From the human T2T-CHM13v2.0 reference genome, Homo sapiens, in NCBI RefSeq assembly GCF_009914755.1, contig NC_060937.1: a DNA stretch of 64,000 nt, one strand, 5' to 3'. A model generated the notes under the pieces. The model was not told the origin of the DNA and made no database searches. It saw nothing but the letters and a program-made list of their open reading frames with translations. Positions 13,592 through 28,772 of the stretch are shown in pieces. Positions within the stretch are counted from its first letter, which is position 1. Each line of letters starts with the position of its first letter. A program made the translations under genes and the position numbers.

Positions 13592-15828
13592 TTACTCAAT
13601 GAAGCCAAGATTGGGCACACAACCAAGGGATGTAGTCAGAGAGTTAAAGAACCCCCACCTGCCTAATAAGATTATGTTGGACTGGAAAGAACTGGAACAA
13701 ATAAGAGAGTACATATTGTCTTGTCTCCCCATACCTTCTCCCTTGTGAAGAGCAGATGTCAAAAGTTGTTGTTGGGAGATGAGCCATTTGAGACTTTGGG
13801 GATAACTAATTTCAGTTAGTTTGGTTGTAGATTTGGAGGTGGTTGAAATGTTTTGGTGTCTAGGAAGTCTTTGGGCTCTGAAATGTGCACACAGGTGCAC
13901 TGTAATTTTCATGAATAGAGCCCTCTGGAGTTGGGCAGGGCACAGCTCTCCCAGGTGTACACAGCTTCCCTGGACTTGGAGGACTCCTTTCATGAGATCC
14001 CCTCAGCCCTAGGAGAATGTAAGGGGACTCTCAAGTTTCCTTCTTGCTTGCCACCCCTGTTCACCAGATAGAAATTCCATCAAGAAACAGCATGTACAGT
14101 GACAGCAGCAACAACCCTCACCGTATACTAGCAGGGACTAAAATGTGGTTGCTGGGCAAGGAACACCTCAACACTTGTCCTTAAAAAATGTACAACCTAG
14201 AGAGAAAGAGACAACACATAAACAACCTTAATGACATAAGGCTAAATGATAAATACTGTAAATGGAGCACTAGAGAAAAATGCTCAGATGACAGAGTGGT
14301 CATTTTCTACAGGAGTGACATAAGAAGGTATAAAATTTGAGCAAAGTCTCGAGGTATGATGTGCCATCAGAGTAGTTCAACTGCTATTATGAACAATGCT
14401 AACTCTCAGTGACTTAGCCTGATCAAGTTTTCTTTCTCATGTCCTAGCCATGCACAGTCTGCTCCATACAGTCATTCTGGGACCCAGACTCCACCCATGT
14501 TGTGGCTCCAGGCTTTCATCTTTAACTGGCTTCACAGTTGCTTGGCATTATTCCTTGGGAGGAGGGGAGAAAGGAGTGAATAGATTGAAAAGACACATGT
14601 GCTATTAACTGCCTTGGCCTGGAAGTTACACACATTGCTTCCATTCTCTTTCTATTGAAGAAAAGCAGTCATGCTGTCTAGATGCAAGAGGGCTGGGCAA
14701 TGTAATTTAAGTATAGGCCCAGAAAGAGAAAATCAGTTTGGTTTCACTTGTGTATGATTTTAATAGGAGAGGATTGGTGAGGAACAGCATTCCAGCCACG
14801 AATAGGCGTCAGATTTTGGAAAGCTATGGCCATATTTATAGAAATCCAGACCGCCTAGACATGGAATCTATGTGGAGGAATCAGGCTGGAAAGGGTTGAA
14901 CTTTCCAGATTGAAGAAGGTATGCAATGTCATGATAAGAAACTTGGGCTTTTTTCTATAAGCAGTAGGAAATCTCTGAAGTTTCTCATGAGAGAATGAAT
15001 TAACCAAGCCATGTTAAAGGAGATTAATCAGCAGAGATTGTACACAGTGAGATGCGATAAGGCTAGGGCTGGAGCAACCCTGTTTTTCTCCAGCAGCGGG
15101 GGGTTTGCTGGAAGAAACAAGGATGAATTAGATGTTTAGAGAGACATGGTGCCCAGAGACCATGCAGCGCTGGAGGCCAAGAGAGGTGCCTTAGGTCCAA
15201 AGTCTCTCATTTGTGAGGCCTCCTAGATCTTCTTGCCCCATAATTCTGGGAGATGCTTTTGTTTCCTTCCAGTATATTCCATCTTTTTTTCTTAAGATAT
15301 CTTGAGTAGCTTTTCTTCCTTTTAGATGAAGGAACCTTGATTAAGATGAAGGTCGTTGGAAAGAAGATTTGAAAATTTATCTGCGTCAGACAAGGAACCA
15401 AACCTTGAACAAGGTGAATGTAACCTCCATCCACCATCCCTTGCCCTGTCTGCTTTCAATCTTAGCTGTCTGAGCAGAATTAGAGAGAACGAGTTGTCCA
15501 CATGAGCCAGGCATGAGAATGGACACTTTGGTCTCTGCCATGACTTGTGGGTCATGGGGTTGATAGCCCAGGAGAGCAGGGAGGATCCCAAGGCCTAGAA
15601 GGTCATGTAGAGGGAAAATGTGCACATGAAGTAAAAGATTCTAAGAGCTTGATTGTAAGAGCCCCTCCCTGGGTCTTGTTCTCTTCTAAATGCAGCTTCC
15701 TCACTTTAAATTGCTATTTTAAATAAATGAGAAAATAATAATAAAATTTATTCTGCACTTATAACTTAGCATGTGCCAGGCATATGATACACACTTTCAT
15801 TATGTGTATGAACCTGATTATGTTATAG

Positions 15829-16159
<331 letters not shown>

Positions 16160-17729
16160 TATCATGACCCATTTCACACCTAGGGAAGTTGAATCTTGGT
16201 AATATTAAGTAACTTGCTCCAGGTCACGTAGAGAGCAAGAGTCAGAGCTGGGATGTGCACTAGGCAAACTGACACCAGATCCCATTGTAAAATCGGCACA
16301 CAAAATTTCCTCCCATTTGATTACTGTTTCTTCAAATTTTTGCTTTTCTCCTCCAAATTGATAAATCTTCCCAATATGCTCCCTTTTCCTTGGATTGGGC
16401 TGAGTGAACATTGACAGATCTTGCTCTTTAGCTCAAATTCTATGGTCTTTGTGCAGACCACCACCCTCCTGCCTACATTTTTAGAGACAGGCTTTATTTC
16501 CATAATTATTATTTTCCCCACTAATCACATTTATATCTTTGTAGCTCTCATGGAATTTGGAGGGTGCTGTAATGCCTTGTGATTATTTGAGAATTTTCTC
16601 TTGTTCTTTTTTTTTTTTTTTTTTTTTGGTCATATGTCTTTCTACCTTTGCCTGGGATGTCCCCCACACCTGGATACTTCCCACCCACCTTCAGGACTTA
16701 GTGCAAGAAGAACTTTCTTTGTAAACCAGCCTTGCTTAAATCCTCAGGTAGAATTAGTCATACCCTCCCTTGGGTCCTCAGTGGGTCCCATAAAGCTACT
16801 GAGTCTTTCCAATCTGTTAATTGCTCTTGCAAAGATTCCTTTATAAGTGTAGTGTTTTCTCATCTGATTCCTTTTCTAGTACTGAGTACAGCACTGAACA
16901 CAGTAGAAACTCAAAAAAAGAAGGGGGGTTGTTGAATTTAATTCAGTTCCCAAATTCAATAGGATGACAAAATATGTAAGGAACACTCTAGTGCTCACAA
17001 GTATCTAAGGATACTTAGCCTGGAGGAGAAAAAATCAAGAAGAGTATAATATCAAATATCCTAAGGGCTGTCAGATTCTGTGCTGCTCTCGAAAGCATAA
17101 TTCAAACTAGTGGGTAGAAGTTGGAAGGAGATTTTGCCTTAGTTTGAGAAATAATTTTCTAAGTATAAATGTCTAGCAATAGAATAGCTTACCATAAAAA
17201 CAACCATGAGTTCCCCAAACAAATCAGGAAGAACAAAACAAATAATCCCATCAAAAAGTGGGCTAAGGACATGAATCGACAGTTCTCAAAAGAAGATATA
17301 CGAATGGCCAACAAACATATGAAAAAATGCTCAATATCACTAATGATTAGGGAAATGCAAATCAAAACCACAGTGCAACCACCTTACTCCTGCAAGAATG
17401 GCCATAATAAAAAAAATTAGATGTTGGTGTGGATGTGGTGAAAAGGGAACACTTTTACACTGTTGGCGGGAATGTAAACTAGTTCAACCACTATGGAAAA
17501 CAGTGTGGAGATTCCTTAAAGAACTAAAAGTAGATCTACCATTTGATCCAGCCATCCCACTCCTGGGTATCTGTCCAGACAAAAGAAGTCATTATTTGAA
17601 AAAGATACTTGCACACGCATGTTTATAGCAGCAGAATTTGCAGTTGCAAAAATATGGAACCAGCCTTAATACCCATCCATCAAGGAGTAGATAAAGAAAA
17701 ATGTGGTATATATATACCATGGAATACTA

Positions 17730-18134
<405 letters not shown>

Positions 18135-18222
18135 TCAGGAATGGAAAACCAAACATGATATGTTCTCACTCATAAGTGGGAGCTAAGCTATGAGGATACA
18201 AAGGCATAAGAATGATACAATG

Positions 18223-18672
<450 letters not shown>

Positions 18673-19287
18673 TCATGTAACCAAACACCACCTGTTCCCC
18701 AAAAACCCATTGAAATAAAAAAAAAATGAATCACAAGTTCCCCATCAAGTAAAATCTTCAAGCACAGACTGACCAAGCCTACTGATGAATGCACTAAGGA
18801 AAGAATGCATTCCTCCATTCAGAGGGACATTGAACCAGACCGCCTCAGAAAGATGTCTGGTCTGTGAAGATTCTGGGTTGTCAAAGTATAATTTCAAAAA
18901 AGCTAAAAACATGACTAATCTGTATGTAGAATGAGGAAGCATCACGAACTTTATTTCACTTTCTAATGAGGGAACAGGTGGTAAAACCAATTCAAATGAG
19001 AATTAGAAGGATCAGAACTGTCTCCACCAGAAAACACATTCTGGTACGTCTGCTGAGTTTGAAGCAAAACTGGTTAACGCTCTACAGGATATTAAAATAA
19101 TAACCTTTAGGGTTATCTTTTTCTCTAGACAAAAATTATTTACATCTCCACTGGGCAAGGTCTACAAATTAACATGTAACTTTACAGAGACTGTACCCTT
19201 ACCTACTGTAATAAGTAGAAAAAACAAAGTCACAGTCCCCTAAAAATTTTAATAATACTTGGGTGAGCCTGTTAAACAATAGCCCAG

Positions 19288-20090
19288 GGTATTAGTTTCC
19301 TAGAGCTGTTACAACAAATTATAACTGACTGAGTAGCTTAAAACAACAGAAATTTATTCTCTCAAGAGGCTAGAAATCTGAAATCAAGGTGCAGGCAGGG
19401 TTGGATCCTTCTGGAGTTTCTGAGGGACAATCTGTCCCATGCCCTTCTCCCAGCTTCTGGTAGTTGCTGGCCATCTGATATGGTTTGGATCTGTGTCTCC
19501 GGCCAAATCTCATGTCGAATTGTAATCCCCAATGTTGGAAGAGGGGCCTTGTGGGAGGCGATTGGATCATGAGGGTGGATTTCCCCCTTGCTGTTCTCAT
19601 AATAATGAGTGAGTTCTCATGAGACCTGATTGTCTATAATAGTGTGCAGCACCTCTCCCTTCGCTCTCTTCCTCCTGCCCCATCCATGTAGGATATGCCT
19701 GCTTCCCCTTCACCTTCTGCCATGATTGTAAGTTTCCTGAGGCCTCCCCAGCCATGTTTCCTATACAGCCTGTGGAACTGTGAGCCAATTAAACCTCTTT
19801 TCTTTGTAAATTACCCAGTCTCAGGTAATTCTTTATAGCAATGCGAGAACAGACTAACACACCATCCTTGGCATTCTTTGCCCTGTAGACATGTCACCCT
19901 CTACCTCTGTCATCACATGGTGTTCTTCAGGACACCAGTCATATTGGATTTAGGGCCCAACCTACTCCAGTATGACTTAGTCTTAACTAATTACATCTGC
20001 AAAACCATACTTCCAAATAAGGTCACATTCTGAGGTTCTGGGAGGAACATGAATTTTTTTTTTTTTTGAGGGAGTGATTATTCAACTCAG
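19288..20090 (-). mobile_element. MLT1-type MaLR LTR, split by MST insertion
   Basis: MLT1 motifs (aaacaacagaaatttattctctca, ccaaataaggtcacattctgagg) on both sides of the MST. Confidence 0.75.
19476..19861 (+). mobile_element. MST MaLR solo LTR
   Basis: TGATATGGTTTGG...ACTAACACA with TSD CCATC at 19471-19475 and 19862-19866. Confidence 0.88.
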
Positions 20091-20712
20091 TATACTCCGT
20101 AAGACAGAGAAAGGGACATCCTACCTACTCTTTTGCCTTATTTCCAAGTTTTAAGTACTTTTCTTACCACGGGTAGTTGCTTACTTTCCCAGTCTCTCCA
20201 CTGGCATCTCACACATGTCATTAGCCATTCAGCTGGAGCTAGCTCTATATTTAATGATGCCACACAAAGGAAAGATATCACATATGTTTCTAATAAAAAA
20301 TGTAAGAAATGGATCAAATAAAAATGTTTGAATGTAATGATACAAAAGACTTAATTTCCAGGGCAGATGTCTAGCTGTTCAGTTACTATTTTGGGAAAAA
20401 TCATTTTCATGAGCTGTTTTGGTGTGGGACATGTCCCTGGAATTATTAAGGCAGACTCAGGAGAGTCAGTTTTGGCATACATTAAGAACAGGGGAGGGAA
20501 TTTTAAGTTATATAGGCAGCTCTCCACCTCCTCCCATTTTATGTTTAAATAAAAGCTTTTTCATAGGAAGTCCAGTTGGGCAGAATTCAGGTTTTTTTTG
20601 TTTGTTAGTTTTGTTTTGTTTTTTCAGAGAAGTTGCCAGCATTTATCAAGGTTAGCTTCTGCAGCAAGTCTCTGCAGAATTTTCTGGGGGAAGTGGGGTC
20701 CTTTCTTTTCTT

Positions 20713-21003
20713 TTTTTTTTTTTTTTCTGAGGCAGAGTCTTTCTCTATTGTCCAGGCTGGAGTGCAATGGTGTGATCTCGGCCCACTGCCACCTCTGCCT
20801 CCCAGGTTCTAGCAATTCTGCCTCTGCCTACTGAGTAGCTGGGATTACAGGCATGCACCACCATGCCCGGCTAATTTGTGTATTTTTAGTAGAGATGGGG
20901 TTTCACTATGTTGGCCAGGCTGGTCTTGGACTCCTGACCTCGTGATCTGCCTGCCTTTGCCTCCCAAAGTGCTGGGATTACAGGCGTGAGCCACCGCACC
21001 CAG
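20713..21003 (-). mobile_element. AluS
   Basis: Antisense dimer. Confidence 0.9.
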
Positions 21004-21339
21004 CTGGGGTCCTTCTTAAAACTACGAATGTTAGGTGAGTAGGGATTCATTACACTGCTCCATTTCCCTACCACAGGGAAGATTCTATATTAATTTAATA
21101 GGAACTTTTTTGGCTAGACTTTCTTCCAAAAATCCTGGTTGGCAGAGATGATTACTAAATTAAGAGGGGGGTAAATTGGAGAGGAAGAAGATTGAGACTC
21201 ATCTCCTACCTTTCACTGATGAGATATTACCTTATCAAGATCTTTCTGATGAATTAAGATGGCCCCAACCCAGATGAAGTCTGCTGATGGTAAAGGCCAT
21301 TCAGAACCCAAATGGGAGAAAGGTTGATTTGGAATCTCT

Positions 21340-21396
21340 TCATTCATCCTTCCATCCATCCATCCATCCATCCATCCATCCATCTTTCCATCCATC
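21340..21396 (+). repeat. (CCAT)n microsatellite
   Basis: Tandem CCAT units abutting the ERV LTR. Confidence 0.9.
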
Positions 21397-22429
21397 TGAT
21401 GCAGGACAGGTGAGCCCCCAAACTGGGGCTTAGCTCAGGAAAGTTCTTGGCTTTGCCCAGAAAATAATTCAAGGGTGAGCTGGTGGTGTTAGCTAATCTT
21501 TTATTGAAGGGTACTGCTCCTTGCAGAGCAGGGCTAGCTCACAGGCAGTTTGCCCAGAGTCAGCAACATATGGATTCTTAGCAGCTGTGTTTATTCTCAC
21601 TTATGCCCACTTTCAAGCACATGCAAATTTAGGGGCAGATTAATGCACATTGGGGTGGGTTATTTAGAATTTTTAAGGAAAGGGGGAGCAACTTCCAGGT
21701 TCTTGCCATGGAAAAAGATGATAACTTCTGGGTCATTGTCATGGCATTTGTAAGCTGTCATGGAGCTGGTGGGAGTATCTTATGCTAATGAGCAATGAGG
21801 GTAGGTAGGGATCACTTTCTTTGCCATCTGCTGGTTCCTGCCAGTTTCTTCATTTCACCCCATCTGGACCAGGTCTTGTTTTGGTCAGCAAGGTTGTGAC
21901 CAGAAAGCAAGTCTTGCCAGTTATCCTACTGCATTCCCTACTCAGAGATTAGATACCCCTTCTTAATCTTAAGGGGGGTGCAGAAAGGTGGAGGTCCATC
22001 TTCTGTAGCTGCTTCTTGCTGAGTTTCTGGGCATAGGCCCTGCCCGGCATTGGAAGAGTAAAAATTTCTGGATACCTAATCTAAGGAACCCAATGGCAGA
22101 ATGTTTTCATTCTCTGCATCAGAAAACAGGACAGGTTGGAAGCATTCTGCAAGCATCATCTTCAGGTGGAATTGTTGTAGTCTAGAAGACATAAGCTTAA
22201 TTAAGAGAATAAACAAGCAAGGGGCAAAAATTAGTAATAATAAAATAGCTATCATAGGTCTCAGGAAAGGTAAAAACTAGGTGAGAATATTAAGTGTGGT
22301 GTATTATGGCACATACTCCTACTTGTCATGTTATTTATTTGTGCATTTGTGAAACAACAGCTTTAAGTCTTCTACAGGTTCATGAGTATAGGTCATGCAG
22401 TCCTCTTATGCCTGCAGGGACTCATAAGA

Positions 22430-22545
22430 AACAGGTTTAATCTTGGACAGGTGTGCCCAGCTACTGATTCTCTGAAGTTTAACAGCAATGGGGGTACTCA
22501 GTAATACCTGATAAAGGCCCTTTTATTTTGGTTATGCTTGATCCT
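22430..22545 (-). pseudogene. ERV pol integrase C-terminal remnant
   Basis: Minus strand reads GP(fs)YQVLLSTPIAVKLQRISSWAHLSKIK, a GPY/F-type integrase tail. It continues at 24642 and beyond, across the THE1 insertion. Confidence 0.7.
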
Positions 22546-24641
22546 TATATTAGTACCAGAAGTGGGGTGCTGCTGTAAAGATACATGAAAATGGGGAAGT
22601 GACTTTGGAGTTGGGTAACAGGCAGAGGTTGGAACAATTTGGAGGGCTCAGAAAAAGGCAGGAAGATGTGGGAAAGTTTGGAACTTCCCAGAGATTTGTT
22701 GAATGGCTTTGACCAAAATGCTGATAGTGACTGACATGGACAACGAAATTCAGGCTGAGGTCATCTCAGATGGAGATGAGGAACTTCTTGGGAACTGGAA
22801 TAAAGTCACAGTTGTTATGTTTTAGCAAAGAGACTGGCGGCATTTTCTCCTTGGGCTAGAGCTCTGTGGAACTTTGAACTTGAGAGAATGATTTAGGGTA
22901 TCTGGTGGAAGAAAATACTAAGCAGCAAAGTGTTTAAGAGGTGACTTGGGTGCTATTAAAGAGCGTTTGGTTTTATGTAGTCACAAAGATATGGTTTGGA
23001 ATTGGAACATATGTTTAAAAGAAAAGCAGAGCATGAAAGTTTGGAAAATTTGCAGGCTGACAATGTAATAGAAAAGAAAAACTCTTTTTTATATTCCTTT
23101 ACAAAATTACACTTTAAGTTCTGGTATACATGTGTAGAATGTGCATGTTTGTTACAGAGGTATACATGTGCCATAGTGCTTTGCTGCACCCATCAACCCA
23201 TCATCTACATTAGGTATTTCTCCTAATGCTATCCCTTATTTTCTGAGAAAAAGTTCAAGCCAGCTGCAGAAATTTGCATATGTAACAAGAAGCCAAATGT
23301 TAATCACTAAGACAGTGGGAAAAATGTCCTCAGTGCATGTCAGAGACCTTCCTGGCAGCCCTCTCATCACAGACCCAGAGGCCTAGGAGGAAAAAATGGT
23401 TTCATGGGCCAGGCCTAGGGCCTTCCTGCTTTGTGCAGTCTCAGGTCTTGATGCCCTATGTCCCAGCCATGGCTAAAAGGGGCCAAGGTACAGCTCAGGC
23501 CATTGCTTCAAGGGTGCCAGCCCCAAGCCTTGATGGCTTACATGTGGTGTTGGGCCTGTGGGTACACAAAAGTCAAGAATAGAGGTTTGGGAACCTTCAC
23601 CTAGATTTCAGAAGATGTATGGAAATGCCTGAATGTCCAAGCAGAAGTTTGCTGCAGGGTTGAGCCCTCATAGAGAACTGCTAGGGCAGTGTAGAAGGGA
23701 AATGTGGGGTGGGAGCCCCCATACAGAATCCCCACTGGGGGTACTGCCTAGTGAAGCTGTGAGAAGAGGGCCACCATCCTCTGGACCTCAGAATGGTATA
23801 TCTGCTGACAGCTTGCACCATGCACCTGGAAAACACACAGACACTCAATGCCAGCCTGTGAAAACAGCTGGGAAGGCAGCTGCACTCTGTAAAGCCACAG
23901 GGGCAGAGCTGCCCAAGGCAATGGGAGCCCACCTCTTACATCAGTGTGACCTGGGTCAAAGTGAGACATGGAGTCAAAGGAGATTATTTCAGGGCTTTAA
24001 GATTTGACTGCCCTGCTGGATTTCAGACTTGCTTGGGGCCTGTAGCCCCTTCATTTTGGTCAATTTTTCCCATTTGAAAAGAGTTTATTTACCCAATGCC
24101 TATACCTACACTGTATCTAGGAGATAACTAACTTGCTTTTGATTTTACAGACTCATGGGAGGAAGGGACTTGCCTTGTCTCACATGAGACTTTTGACTTG
24201 GACTTTTGGGTTAGTGCTGGAATGAGTTAAGACTTCAGGGGACTGTTGGGAGGACATGATTGTATTTTGAAATATGAGGACATGAGATCTGGGAGGGGCC
24301 AGGGGCAGAAGGATATGGTTTGGCTCTGTGTCCCCACCCAATTCTCACCTTGGGTTGTAATAATCCCCATGTGTCAAGGGTGGAACCAGGTAGAGAGAAT
24401 TTAATCACGGGGGCAGTTTCCCCCATCATGACAGTTTCCCCCATGCTGTTGAGTGAGCTCTTACAAGCTCAAGTGGTTTTTATAAGGGGCTTCACCCTTT
24501 GTTTGACACTCATTCTCTCTCCTGCTGCCCTCTGAAAAGGCACATTCCACCATGACTGAAAGTTCCTGAGGCCTCCCCAGCCATGTGAAACTGTTAGTCA
24601 ATGGGCATTTCTTCATAGCAGTGTGAGAATAAACTAGTACA
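22546..24641 (+). mobile_element. THE1/MST MaLR internal region plus 3' LTR (24311-24641); 5' LTR essentially deleted
   Basis: THE1-int motifs (actttggagttgggtaacaggcagagg, ctgcagaaatttgcata). TSD ATCCT at 22541-22545 and 24642-24646. Confidence 0.85.
23085..23236 (-). mobile_element. Short L1PA 3'-end fragment in THE1-int
   Basis: actttaagttctggtatacatgtg...ttaggtatttctcctaatgctatcc is the L1PA 3' terminus. Confidence 0.8.
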
Positions 24642-25033
24642 ATCCTTGAGGGATTAATTTTTTTGTGTCCTTATAAGACTAAGTCTTCTGGTTGAACAGA
24701 GAAGCTGTTCTTTTTTGTGGGTGGGGGAGAAGGGCAATACTTTATTTGGTAATTTTGAAAGGCCTTTTGAACCTGGCCTAAAATTTAAGAAAGGGCATAG
24801 TGAGGCATGTCTGATACTCTATTTTCAATCATGGCCAGAATTCATTTTTTAGGTTTGTTTTTTTCCCCCCTTTGGTTAAGGGACTTAAAGTCAAAAGACT
24901 TACAACCAATTAAATATTTCAGGTGAGATGTGAATGAAAGTGGGCACTCATTAGCCCTTGAAATTTTTTTAAGCAATATAAGAGTCAAAAACAAAAAGCC
25001 ACAAATAAGGTTATATATCAAGAAAAACCTAGT

Positions 25034-25689
<656 letters not shown>

Positions 25690-26914
25690 CCAAGAGCATA
25701 GAATCAAACTATATTGGGGGAAAACACTGCTCCCCCAGACCTCTAAGTCACAACAATAGTCAGAAACAGAGGAGAAAAAGTCACAGGAGGTGATGGAAAA
25801 GCTAAAGGAAAGAGTTATTTCAGGCCTTCTAACAGGGAGAAAAAGCTGAAAGCAGCAAGACACAATAACAACCGAATGTTCAAGACACAAATTTGAAAAG
25901 CTATTAAAAGAAATCGATCACAGAATTGAAAAGCAATATTTCTGATAATTTGGCAAATTAACATTTTAAGGAAACCAGGTCCAACACATAGACCATTTTT
26001 CTAGAAAGTGTACCACAAACAATCTCCCTTTAATCACAGCCAGCTTAATCACACACAAAATTCCTGTTGCAAATTCCCTTTCACAATTATCCCTATTATC
26101 GCCCACAAAGACGATTCGATGAAATGGCTGGACCCTCCAACCTGTCCCGTACCACCTACCTCCCAAACAACCAGTCACTTTATTTTAAAACAAGAATCTA
26201 CCACACAAGATCTGTCTTCATATTAAATCATGTTTTTCCTCATCTCTCCCTGCAAAAAATATATCTTCCACCTATAACTTTCCTCACATCTCTCTTTTCT
26301 ACTGACTGGTTTTCTCCTATTTTGATCCTTCCTTTTAGTAACTTCTGAATTAGACAAAAATTATTTTTTCCAACAAAAATTTTTTCACCATAAAAAATAC
26401 ACCTTCCCTGGCATATTCTATATAAATCTAGGAAGCAAGAAATCCTGAAATGCCTATTGGTATTTTATAGAGGAGAACCATTCAACAATTTTAAGATTTT
26501 AAGCCACACAAAGAACTCTCTACTCAGAGCCATTTTAACCATTCGAAAGCCTATGAATCCTCAGTGGTTTACCTAGGTAAAATTCTTAAATTCTAGAAGA
26601 CATATATTTTTCAAACTAATAAGTTTAGACTAGTTTTATTTGTTTAGTTTATGAGCACTCTTCTATTTATAAGCCAATTGGATAGCACACTGGACACAAC
26701 ACACATCACACAAATGAGGTGACCTATACAAGACTGGATCTAAGTTATTTATAAAATTGGGACTTGTCTGCTGGCCAAATTTTGTTTGCCCCAGTAGACA
26801 TGGAAGACAGGATAACGCAGGGAAGGGAATCCTGTAGCATCAAGTAAGGAATGGAAGGGGTGAACTGCATTGCTCAAGGGAGACCTCAGAGTCCCTGAGC
26901 TGCTGGAGAACTCA

Positions 26915-27401
<487 letters not shown>

Positions 27402-27465
27402 TCACTTCTTTTGCCCTGTCTTTACTGTTGTAAACTTTAAAGGCCGTATTTAAGAGTTGACTCAT

Positions 27466-28772
<1,307 letters not shown>

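Noticed and set aside
23337-24007. ORFs of 81-124 aa
   Set aside because: Fragments of the decayed THE1 internal ORF.
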